A stretch of 64,000 nucleotides of DNA from Gemmatimonadota bacterium (GTDB taxonomy: Bacteria; Gemmatimonadota; Gemmatimonadetes; Palauibacterales; KS3-K002), in assembly GCA_039586755.1 (NCBI GenBank), contig JBDHJU010000040.1, positions 1,885-65,884 on the forward strand. Direction: 5' to 3'. Each line of letters begins with the position of its first letter. Positions within the stretch are counted from its first letter, which is position 1. The position numbers and the translations under genes were made by a program. Below the pieces are notes generated by a model. It ran no database searches and was not told where the DNA came from. It saw only the letters and a list, made by a program, of their open reading frames with translations. Shown piece after piece: positions 18,094-25,863 of this stretch.

Positions 18094-18886
18094 TGACACC
18101 GCTTATGCTGCACTGTTCGCGAAGATCGAGCGCGAGCGGGGCTTTCGTGGGAATCTCTACCGGCAGAAGTGCTTGCGCCGTAGGGTCGGCGTACGGATGC
18201 GCGCTCGCGGTCTTACGAGCATCGATGACTACTCGGCGCTGCTCGATACCGATCCTGCCGAATACGACTGGCTTCTGCGCGCCCTGACCATCAACGTCAG
18301 CAAGTTTTTCCGCAACAAGGAAACGTGGGACGTTATCGGCAACGAGTTGCTGCCAGGGCTGCTGGCCCGGGGGGAGCCGGTTCTTCTGTGGAGCGCCGGA
18401 TCGGCGGCCGGCGAAGAGGCGTACAGCCTGGCGATCCTGGTGCGGGAGCGACTGGCGGCCGGCGGGCAGTGTGAGGTGAACGGTGTGCGTATCATCGGTA
18501 CCGATATCGATGAGGATAGTCTCGAGCTCGCCCGCTCGGCGGAATACCCGGAGGTCGCCCTGGTCGAGACACCGGAGGAGGTTCGGCGACGCTGGTTCGT
18601 TCCCGGGCCCATGAACCGGCTTAAGGACCCGATACCTTCTATGGTGGAATTCCGAAAAGTCGACATCCTGGAAAGCAGCCCGGATTTCGAGGCGGATCTC
18701 ATCCTCTGCCGTAACCTGCTCATATACCTGGACCGACCGGCCCAGGGCCGTGTCTTCGAGATGTTTGTCGATGTTTTACGACCGGGGGGCTACCTGGTAT
18801 TGGGCCGGGTGGAGATGCTCGGCCGGGAGGTGAAGGAGCACTTCGACGTGGTTGACGGGCGAGAGAGGATATACCAGCGGCGGTGA
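18077..18886 (+). CDS. cheR: CheR chemotaxis methyltransferase
   Basis: FFRNKETWD, the SAM-binding LLWSAGSAAGEEAYSLAI, and DLILCRNLLIYL. Confidence 0.9.
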   Translation: MPATGDDTAYAALFAKIERERGFRGNLYRQKCLRRRVGVRMRARGLTSIDDYSALLDTDPAEYDWLLRALTINVSKFFRNKETWDVIGNELLPGLLARGEPVLLWSAGSAAGEEAYSLAILVRERLAAGGQCEVNGVRIIGTDIDEDSLELARSAEYPEVALVETPEEVRRRWFVPGPMNRLKDPIPSMVEFRKVDILESSPDFEADLILCRNLLIYLDRPAQGRVFEMFVDVLRPGGYLVLGRVEMLGREVKEHFDVVDGRERIYQRR

Positions 18887-19359
18887 GGATCTTCGTTCCG
18901 ATGGGCGATCGTCGCGTTGGTCAGGGCGAGGGGACGCTATCGATCACAGGCCTAGGCTCTTGTGTGGCGATCGTTTTGTACGATGAGGCGAGCCACGTGG
19001 GGGGCCTGGCACACGTGCTCCTGCCGGACCGCTCTTTCTCGAAGCGCGACCGCTGCTGGCTGTTCGTGACGGAGGCCGTCCCGGCGCTGCTCGATGAGCT
19101 GGCGGAAGCCGGGGCCGTGCGTAGTCGTCTCACCGCACGGCTGGTTGGTGGTGCCGCCATGTTTGAGGACCTGGCGCCGCAGGACAGGCCTAACATCGGC
19201 CGGCGCAACATCTCGGCGGCGCGAAAGGTGCTCGCCAGGGTTGGGATCCCCATCGTCGCCGAGGATGTGGGCGGCGGTTTCGGCCGCTCGATCGACTTTG
19301 AATTGTCGAACGGTCGTATAGTTGTCACCTCGCAGGGGAAGAGCCGTGTCGAAATCTGA
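18883..19359 (+). CDS. cheD: CheD chemoreceptor glutamine deamidase
   Basis: ITGLGSCVAIVLYD...GGLAHVLLP carries the catalytic Cys/His context. 158 aa. GTG at 18883, or ATG at 18901. Confidence 0.88.
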   Translation: MRIFVPMGDRRVGQGEGTLSITGLGSCVAIVLYDEASHVGGLAHVLLPDRSFSKRDRCWLFVTEAVPALLDELAEAGAVRSRLTARLVGGAAMFEDLAPQDRPNIGRRNISAARKVLARVGIPIVAEDVGGGFGRSIDFELSNGRIVVTSQGKSRVEI

Positions 19360-20434
19360 GCGCGGCGCATCCGGCAGCACCGTCCTGGTGGTAGATGACA
19401 GTGTGTTCATGCGGCGCATGATCTCGGACATGATCGATCGCTTCCCTGGGTTCCACGTGGCGGGTACAGCGTCCGACGGTAAGGAAGCATTGCGGCGCAT
19501 AGAAGAGCTCGCGCCCGACGTGGTGACGCTAGATATCGAGATGCCGCGTCTCGATGGGTTCGGTGTGCTCGAGCGCGTCATGTCGACACGACCGCGGCCA
19601 ATCGTAGTCTTCTCGGCCTACACCGATACCGGATCGACTGCTGCGCTGCGGGCACTCGATCTCGGCGCCGTCGACTTTGTAGCCAAGCCCTCAGGACCGA
19701 TTTCCTTCGACCTCGGCCGAGTGGAAGCACGGCTTTACGAGGCTTTGCGGGCCGCAGTGGCCGCAGATGTCGAGGTGCTGATCGCCGAACGGACGTTGGA
19801 GGCCGAACCTGTGGTCGCCCCAGTCATCGGCGGCGAAGCGGCGGTGGCCATCGCCGCTTCCACCGGGGGGCCGCGGGCGCTTTCACAGGTTCTCCGCGCC
19901 TTACCTTCCGACCTGGGTGCAGCGGTGCTCATCGTTCAGCATATGCCGCCGGGTTTCACATCGACGCTGGCGGAACGCTTGAGCGGCTTGGCGTCGCTAC
20001 CAGTGGAGGAGGCGAGTGGGGGTGAGACCGTAAGGCCGGGCCGGGTCTGGCTCGCTCCCGGCGACTTCCACATGCGGGTGAGGCGGATCGACGGGACGGT
20101 GAAGATCACGCTCGATCAGCGCGAGTCGATGTGGGGCACGCGACCGGCGGCAGACGCACTCTTTCCAAGCGTCGCCGAGGCCTTCGGGGGTCGCTCGGTG
20201 GGCGTTGTGCTGACCGGTATGGGTCGAGACGGTGCCAACGGTCTGGCGGCGATCCGGGCGAGCGGCGGTCGAACGATAGCCCAGGACAAGGCGACCAGTG
20301 TTGTCTACGGGATGCCCGGTCGCGCCGTGGAGCAGGGAGCGGCCGAACACATTGTCTCTCTGGACGGGATAGCGGGTGCCATCGTCGAGTGCCTCGCTGA
20401 ACTTCCGGCCCGCGAGGCCGACGCGAGCCAATGA
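19346..20434 (+). CDS. cheB: CheB methylesterase (REC + esterase)
   Basis: REC domain (VLVVDDS, VTLDIEMP, FVAKP) plus esterase Ser (ASTGGPRAL), His (VQHMPPGFT) and Asp (GMGRDGA). GTG at 19346 is preferred over the TTG at 19322. Confidence 0.9.
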   Translation: MSKSERGASGSTVLVVDDSVFMRRMISDMIDRFPGFHVAGTASDGKEALRRIEELAPDVVTLDIEMPRLDGFGVLERVMSTRPRPIVVFSAYTDTGSTAALRALDLGAVDFVAKPSGPISFDLGRVEARLYEALRAAVAADVEVLIAERTLEAEPVVAPVIGGEAAVAIAASTGGPRALSQVLRALPSDLGAAVLIVQHMPPGFTSTLAERLSGLASLPVEEASGGETVRPGRVWLAPGDFHMRVRRIDGTVKITLDQRESMWGTRPAADALFPSVAEAFGGRSVGVVLTGMGRDGANGLAAIRASGGRTIAQDKATSVVYGMPGRAVEQGAAEHIVSLDGIAGAIVECLAELPAREADASQ

Positions 20435-21405
20435 GCAACCTGATCACGTTCCGATTGGGCGATTCGCGGTTTGCGATCCCGGCCGACGTGGTAACCGAGA
20501 TCGTCGAGGCCGGCTCGATCGAGCACCGCCTGCCTGGGGACAAGGGTGCCCAAGTTGGTCTGGCCCGCGTCCGCGACCGCTGGATACCTGTGGTCGAGCT
20601 GGCCGGCGCCATCAGCGGCGTGCCGAGTTTGGATCCGGATTCACCGGACGCATTGCTGCTGGTGCTGGGCCGGGAGCGTGGCCGGTTGGGCCTGCGAGTT
20701 CAGGGCCCGGGCGAAGTCGTCCAGGGAAGGGCGGCACGGTCGCCAAATGACCGGTCGGATGACTTGCTCGAGCTAGATGGTGAGATGGTCCGTTTTGTCG
20801 ACCCGGCGGCGCTTGTCGCTTCTCGGGCCGAGCTGCTTGGAGAGAAGGGAGAATCCATGGTGGATCGAGATGTCGCTGCCGAGCCGCTGCGCGTGGTGAG
20901 GTTCCAGCTCGGCGACGACGAATTCGGTATCGATGTGATGAAGGTCTTCGAGGTGATTCCGGTGCCGAAGGTGCGCCCCGTACCCAAAGCGCCCGCCTTC
21001 GTCGAAGGTGTCGTCGACATTCGCGACTCGATTGTCCCGGTAATCGACATGCGCAAACGCTTTAGTCTGCCGCCGAGAGAAACGGACGAGTCCAGCCGGC
21101 TGCTGATTGTAGCGATCGGCGAATCCCGGGCCGGTTTGGTCGTCGACACGGTTCCCGGCGTGGTACCTTTAGCCGAAGACGCGGTGAGCACGCCGCCTGA
21201 CTTCTTCCGCGGCTTGGCAGGAAGGTACCTCGAAGGTCTCGCTAAGGACGATGATCGCATGATCATCATGCTCAACGTCGGCGAAATTCTCAGCTCGAAG
21301 GAGAAGATAGCCCTCGAGAAGGTCGTCGATTCCGCGAAGCCCGCAGGCCGCGCCAAGGGTAAGAAGCGCGCGCCGCGGCGCAGCAAGAAGAAGTCGGAAG
21401 GTTGA
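20431..21405 (+). CDS. Tandem CheW-CheW coupling protein with a polybasic tail
   Basis: Two CheW domains (ITFRLGDSRFAIPADVV... and VVRFQLGDDEFGIDVMKVFEV...VEGVVDIRDSIVPVIDMRKRF). C-terminal tail is AKGKKRAPRRSKKKSEG. Confidence 0.85.
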   Translation: MSNLITFRLGDSRFAIPADVVTEIVEAGSIEHRLPGDKGAQVGLARVRDRWIPVVELAGAISGVPSLDPDSPDALLLVLGRERGRLGLRVQGPGEVVQGRAARSPNDRSDDLLELDGEMVRFVDPAALVASRAELLGEKGESMVDRDVAAEPLRVVRFQLGDDEFGIDVMKVFEVIPVPKVRPVPKAPAFVEGVVDIRDSIVPVIDMRKRFSLPPRETDESSRLLIVAIGESRAGLVVDTVPGVVPLAEDAVSTPPDFFRGLAGRYLEGLAKDDDRMIIMLNVGEILSSKEKIALEKVVDSAKPAGRAKGKKRAPRRSKKKSEG

Positions 21406-22256
21406 CCGGCATCGACCCGCTGTCGCCACTGCTAGGCCGATACCGTGAGCTGGAAGACGCTCTGGCCCGCGCTCAGGATGCGGCGGAATCCGCTCGCTTG
21501 GGTGCGATGGCCTCGGAACTTTTGGATACCCTGAAACAGTTGGAAGGGCGATTGGCGGAGTTGCGGGAGATGCTCCGCCAGTTGATGGACCGTCACGGAA
21601 TTCTGCCTGATTTACCAGCAGGCTCGGTGGGTCTTCCACCGGCGGCGGCGGAGCGCCGAAGTGATCTGGGCGGCGGCCAGGTGGCAAAAGGGTGGAACCT
21701 GCTTCGCTCTGCCGACTATGGTGGTGCGATTGAGTTGTTGAAGGAGGCGCTCGACCTGGCGCCGGACGATCCGGGTGTCCTATCGTCCCTGGGCTGGGCA
21801 CAGACGATATCGCAGGCTTACGACGAAGCGCTGGCTACGTACCAGCACTTGTTGGCGGTTAGCCCAGAGGACACGCTGGCCCGCGTCAACCTGGGGTACA
21901 TTTGCCTGAGGAAAGGGATCTACGGCGAGGCGATCGAGCACCTGTCGAAGGCGATCCGGGGCTCGACCGATCCGAGGGCGGGTATGTACGGTCGCTACTA
22001 TCTCGGCCTGGTGTACCTGGCGCGAGAGATGTACGAGGACGCGGAATCGTTCCTGCACGAGGCCGTGGAGCTGGACCCGACGATGAGCGAGGCGTCGTTC
22101 CAGCTGGGACGAGCACGCTACCTTGCCGGCCGGAAAGCGGAAGCGATCTCGGCCTGGAAAGATGGGGCTGCGGCGCCGCAGGGCGACTTCTGGGCAAGCC
22201 GTTGTGCCGAGGCGGCACGGAGCGCCGAGTCCGGCGTCCAGCCATTGCTCGACTGA
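21402..22256 (+). CDS. Coiled-coil + TPR protein
   Basis: 284 aa with a helical/coiled-coil N-terminus followed by TPR repeats. TTGA overlap with the upstream gene. Confidence 0.7.
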   Translation: MTGIDPLSPLLGRYRELEDALARAQDAAESARLGAMASELLDTLKQLEGRLAELREMLRQLMDRHGILPDLPAGSVGLPPAAAERRSDLGGGQVAKGWNLLRSADYGGAIELLKEALDLAPDDPGVLSSLGWAQTISQAYDEALATYQHLLAVSPEDTLARVNLGYICLRKGIYGEAIEHLSKAIRGSTDPRAGMYGRYYLGLVYLAREMYEDAESFLHEAVELDPTMSEASFQLGRARYLAGRKAEAISAWKDGAAAPQGDFWASRCAEAARSAESGVQPLLD

Positions 22257-23239
22257 CCCCCAGCCTCACCCTTCTCCTCCTCCTCCTCCTCGGTGCAGCA
22301 CACCCGGCACAGGCTGGCCAGGTACCTCCCCAAGGTGAGATCCGCACGGGTTCGCTGGTCTTTCGCTTTTGGCCCGGCCAGGAAGCGGCGGCTGAGGCGC
22401 TCGCCGGCAGCGTGGCCGGCACCCGTGCGCTCCCCGGGCTGCCGCCGGATATTCTCGACACGGGAGAGATCGTCGTCTACTTGGCGCCGGACGAGGCGAC
22501 GTACGATTCGTTGGCGCCCGGCGCCCCCGACTGGAGCGGCGGCCTGGCGTTCCCGGAGGGTGACCGGATCATCCTGCCGACCTTCGGTCCGCGGGCAGGG
22601 GGGAGGCCGTTGGCGACCGTCCTCCGACACGAGCTGGCTCACGTAGGCCTCGCGCGGCAGCTCGGGTCGGCGGTGCCTCGCTGGTTCCATGAGGGTTACG
22701 CGCAGCTGGCGTCGGGAAGCTGGAACGCCGGGAACGCATGGGCTCTGCGGATCGCGATTCTCCAGGGCCGCTTGGAGTCACTGGAGTCGCTGAGCCTCGA
22801 TTTCGCCCGCGGTCGCGTCAGTGCCGATCATGCCTATCTCCTCTCCTACACGGCCGTAGAGTTCCTCTATAGACTGGGCGGTGCGGAGGGGTTCGCCCGG
22901 CTGTTGGAACGCTGGCGCGAGATGGGCTCGCTCGACCCGGCCCTCCGACGAACCTACGGGCTGACGCTGGGGCAATTCGAGCGTCTGTGGCGCAGAGACG
23001 TTGGCCGGCGCTTCGGCTGGCTTCTCGTCCTGGCTCAGGCGGCCGTCTTCTGGACCGTCCTGACGATCCTTTTGCTGATTCTGGGGTATTGGAAGAAAAG
23101 ACGAACCCGTCAAAAACTGGTGGCGCTCGAGGCAGCGGTGGCGGCCCGCGAAGCCAATGCACTCCTTGAGGCTACGGCGGAAGGCGGCCCGGCTGGCCGT
23201 GGCCCCGACGTGATTGACGGGGTAAGTCGAAGCGAATAG
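22202..23239 (+). CDS. Membrane-anchored zinc metallopeptidase-like protein (peptidase MA-type HExxH)
   Basis: RHELAHV plus a downstream WFHEGYAQ. Signal-peptide-like N-terminus (RRPAIARLTPSLTLLLLLLLGAAHPAQA) and a C-terminal TM helix followed by KKRR. Start is uncertain: TTG at 22202 is proposed. The ORF-track N-terminus overlaps the TPR gene. Confidence 0.6.
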   Translation: MCRGGTERRVRRPAIARLTPSLTLLLLLLLGAAHPAQAGQVPPQGEIRTGSLVFRFWPGQEAAAEALAGSVAGTRALPGLPPDILDTGEIVVYLAPDEATYDSLAPGAPDWSGGLAFPEGDRIILPTFGPRAGGRPLATVLRHELAHVGLARQLGSAVPRWFHEGYAQLASGSWNAGNAWALRIAILQGRLESLESLSLDFARGRVSADHAYLLSYTAVEFLYRLGGAEGFARLLERWREMGSLDPALRRTYGLTLGQFERLWRRDVGRRFGWLLVLAQAAVFWTVLTILLLILGYWKKRRTRQKLVALEAAVAAREANALLEATAEGGPAGRGPDVIDGVSRSE

Positions 23240-23284
23240 GTTTGGGCGGTTCAAGACCCGAAATCTTACGCTTGGCAAGAAGAC

Positions 23285-23304
23285 GCGGGCCGCACGCGGC
23301 CCGC
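23285..23304 (+). terminator. GC-rich hairpin after the operon (GCGGGCCG-cacg-CGGCCCGC)
   Basis: Perfect 8-bp stem with a 4-nt loop, 46 nt after the last operon stop. No U-tract follows, so intrinsic-terminator function is uncertain. Confidence 0.4.
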
Positions 23305-23334
23305 AGAGCATATTGGGCGGAGGACCAGGACAGC

Positions 23335-23538
23335 ATGTCAGCCAGGGGAGTTGTGGATGGGCCTCGGGCCCTCCAGTTCACGCGACTGAATTGGGCGCTA
23401 CTCGCCGCCGCGGCCGTACTGATCGTGGTCGGCTATGTGGCGCTGGCAAGTAGTTCGCCGGTCCTCTCGACCGTTGTGGCGCCACTTCTTTTGGTTGCGG
23501 CCTACGTGGTCCTGATACCGCTGGGGCTCATCCTCTGA
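23335..23538 (+). CDS. Small two-TM membrane protein (67 aa)
   Basis: ATG at 23335 after GGAGGA. Two hydrophobic helices (WALLAAAAVLIVVGYVALA and VVAPLLLVAAYVVLIPLGLIL). No recognisable family. Confidence 0.5.
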   Translation: MSARGVVDGPRALQFTRLNWALLAAAAVLIVVGYVALASSSPVLSTVVAPLLLVAAYVVLIPLGLIL

Positions 23539-23563
23539 GGAGCGGGCTCGGAGGGGCGGCCGG

Positions 23564-23592
23564 TTGACGTCTCGTCAGGCCGGTCATATGCT
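23564..23592 (+). promoter_or_regulatory. Sigma70-like promoter for tRNA-Val: TTGACG-17 nt-TATGCT
   Basis: -35 at 23564-23569, -10 at 23587-23592. The tRNA 5' end is ~25 nt downstream. Confidence 0.5.
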
Positions 23593-23616
23593 CCCGGCTT
23601 AAGCTCAGTGGGGTCG

Positions 23617-23690
23617 GGGCGCGTAGCTCAGCTGGCAAGAGCGCTGCCCTTACAAGGCAGAGGCCCCTGGTTCGAGTCCAGGCGCGCCCA
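23617..23690 (+). tRNA. tRNA-Val (anticodon TAC)
   Basis: Hand-folded cloverleaf: acceptor GGGCGCG/CGCGCCC, D arm GCTC-AGCTGGCAA-GAGC, anticodon arm CTGCC-CTTACAA-GGCAG, variable loop AGGCC, T arm CCTGG-TTCGAGT-CCAGG, discriminator A. CCA is not encoded. Confidence 0.93.
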
Positions 23691-23801
23691 TCCTGGGTTG
23701 GACCGTCGAGGCCCGGAATGTGGCTGACGGCGGCCTGAGGCGCACGATGTCGTAGGCGCGGGCGGATGCCCGCTGTTGTAACCCAAGTGGGGGGTAAGCC
23801 C

Positions 23802-25544
23802 ATGAAGTCTGGCATAGTCAGGTGCGGAGCTGCGGCCCTCGGGCTGCTTGTAGGATCGGTACTGATGGCGACCCTGTTCGGCCCCGCGGCCCGAGAGGCA
23901 TACGCGCAGGAGCCGGGTGGACGGTATCGTGTCCTCGTAATCCCTTTCGAGTCGAGAGCTCTGGACCGGAGGTTCGGCGACAAGGTGGCGGATGAGATCC
24001 GCAAGCGCCTCGAGGATTTCCCCACGCACGCCCCCGTCGAGGAGAAGGACTATAATCGCGCCCTAGACCAGTACGACCTAAAGGATGAAGAGCTGAACGC
24101 GATCAGAGCGCGCCAGCTTGCCAACCTGATGGGCGCACAGGTGCTTTACTTCGCAACGCTGGAAGCCGTGGACGGTGTCTTCGAGGTCAGGGGCACCTTC
24201 ATCGACGTCCGCACCGGTGACGAGGTACCCGTGCCGCCCGTGCGCGTCAGCGACAGAAGTAACGAGTCGAGGGATCGGGTAGTCGACGTGACGATCGAGT
24301 CGTTCGAGGAGCAGGTCCGATTCGTCCGAGCTCAGCAGTTCTGTGCCGAGTACGTCGAGAGCCAGCAGCTGGAGAACGCGCTGCGCAACTGCGACGAAGC
24401 CCTCGAGATCAACCCGAACAGCGTACACGTGCTGTTCAACAAGGGTATGGCTTACCGCGTCATGTTCGAGCAGGAAGAGACCGCCACGGACGGTTGGGCG
24501 GACTCTTCGATCGCCTATTTCGAGATGGTGCTCGAGCGCCAGCCGAGTCATCGCGCCGCGCTGCAGAACGCTGCGTTCATGTACTCCCAGTCCGGTGAGG
24601 CCGATCGGGCCAGCGAGCTCTACCAGCGCTACCTGGAGTACGATGCCGGCAACGTGCCTGTGCGCATCAAGGTCGCCTACGACCTGGCGAACGCCGACTT
24701 GATGCCTGAGGCGATCGCGATCATCCAGGCCGGACTCGAGATCGCTGAGAACGATGTCGACCTCCTGCAGTCGCTCGGTGACTACGCGCTACGTTACTCC
24801 TCGAGCGACTCCACCTACGTAGACATCGCCCTCGAGGCCTACGAGCAGGTGCTTGAGATTAAAGGCGAGGAGACCGACCTCTCGATCATCGAGAACACGC
24901 TCGCCGCCTACACCCAGGCCAACCGAACGGACGAGGCCATCGAGTTCGCCGAGTTGGCGCTACAGTCACACTCGGAAAGCGCCCGACTCTGGTCGCTTTA
25001 TGCCGATGCCCTCGGCCGCGCCGAGCGCTTCGGCGACGCCAGCAACGCCATGGTTAGGGTCGTCGAGATCGATCCCGAATATCCCGCAGCTCTGCTCAAA
25101 CGTGGGCGGTTCAAGTTGCAGGGCGGCGACCAACAGGCCGCGCTGATCGATTTCAATCTGGCCATCGAGAGCGGTGCCTCGACATCCGAGGAGGTCTTCA
25201 GGCTCTTCTGGGGCGAGGCGCACGGCGCCCGTAGCGGCGGCAACCTGCCGGCGGCGATCGGACACTTCGAGACCGCCTCCAACTTCGCTCCCGCCGACCA
25301 GAGGCGTGAGCTCGAGTTCTGGTGGGGCTACAGCTACTACCAACTGGGCGAGCGGCAGGCGACGCCGGAGGATGCCTCCGTCGCCGTCCTCGAGCGCGCC
25401 CGCGCCAACGTCCAGGCCGCTCAGGGCCACTTCCAGCGGGCCGGCAACGTGCGGCGCGAGGTCCCGCAGCTCCTCGACGCCTGTGAGCGTTGGCTGCTCA
25501 ACATCGACGCGAGAATCCGGCGCGCCCAGCGCGGAAACCGCTGA
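23802..25544 (+). CDS. Secreted or lipoprotein TPR-repeat protein
   Basis: ATG at 23802. Signal peptide MKSGIVRCGAAALGLLVGSVLMATLF...AYAQ. Multiple TPR-like repeats through the C-terminal two-thirds. Confidence 0.7.
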   Translation: MKSGIVRCGAAALGLLVGSVLMATLFGPAAREAYAQEPGGRYRVLVIPFESRALDRRFGDKVADEIRKRLEDFPTHAPVEEKDYNRALDQYDLKDEELNAIRARQLANLMGAQVLYFATLEAVDGVFEVRGTFIDVRTGDEVPVPPVRVSDRSNESRDRVVDVTIESFEEQVRFVRAQQFCAEYVESQQLENALRNCDEALEINPNSVHVLFNKGMAYRVMFEQEETATDGWADSSIAYFEMVLERQPSHRAALQNAAFMYSQSGEADRASELYQRYLEYDAGNVPVRIKVAYDLANADLMPEAIAIIQAGLEIAENDVDLLQSLGDYALRYSSSDSTYVDIALEAYEQVLEIKGEETDLSIIENTLAAYTQANRTDEAIEFAELALQSHSESARLWSLYADALGRAERFGDASNAMVRVVEIDPEYPAALLKRGRFKLQGGDQQAALIDFNLAIESGASTSEEVFRLFWGEAHGARSGGNLPAAIGHFETASNFAPADQRRELEFWWGYSYYQLGERQATPEDASVAVLERARANVQAAQGHFQRAGNVRREVPQLLDACERWLLNIDARIRRAQRGNR

Positions 25545-25707
25545 GATTTAGGGATTCTGGGATTCGGGGATTCGGGGATTCTTTCCCCGGATCCCCGATT
25601 TCATCCCATTCCCGCATTCCACGGATTCGCGGATCTACCTCTCGAGTTCCCAATTCGCTGAAGCCCGAATACCCGAATACCCGAATCGGCGATTCCCACC
25701 CGAATAG
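25545..25707. repeat. Two inverted arrays of 8-nt tandem repeats (GATTCNGG x5 ... CCCGAATA x3-4)
   Basis: Left array at 25545-25584: GATTTAGG GATTCTGG GATTCGGG GATTCGGG GATTCTTT. Right array at 25664-25707: CCCGAATA CCCGAATA CCCGAATC ... CCCGAATA, the reverse complement of the left unit. The ~80-nt spacer holds more GATTC/GGATC motifs. Confidence 0.85.
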
Positions 25708-25727
25708 ATCCCGTACAAGATAAGTCC

Positions 25728-25756
25728 TTGACGTAGTGGGGACATGGCACTAGCTT
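25728..25756 (+). promoter_or_regulatory. Sigma70-like promoter for the dcw cluster: TTGACG-17 nt-TAGCTT, with flanking TGGG repeats
   Basis: -35 at 25728-25733, -10 at 25751-25756. TGGG(G/T) motifs sit at 25737, 25756, 25768 and 25778, about 10-12 nt apart, resembling MraZ-box repeats. Confidence 0.5.
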
Positions 25757-25863
25757 GGGGGTCGGAGTGGGGTAAAGTGGTGAGAAGTGCATCTCTCGCC
25801 CACCTTTCGGTGCCCGGATCCCCGCCGACCGGGCCCAAGCGAGCCTTCCGGGGGAGGTTTTAC

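Noticed and set aside
22262-22292. (CTC)6 microsatellite as a phase-variation tract
   Set aside because: It encodes the poly-Leu core of the signal peptide of the HExxH protease. Trinucleotide slippage would stay in frame, and six units is short. It is more likely codon-biased Leu repetition.
23617-25544. tRNA-Val as an integration hotspot or genomic-island border
   Set aside because: No integrase, no direct repeat of the tRNA 3' end and no compositional shift downstream. The next gene is an ordinary TPR lipoprotein, followed by the dcw cluster.
25545-25707. Possible CRISPR array, because of regularly spaced short repeats
   Set aside because: The units are only 8 nt and directly abutting, with no spacers. 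There are no cas genes in the window. The two arrays are inverted relative to each other.
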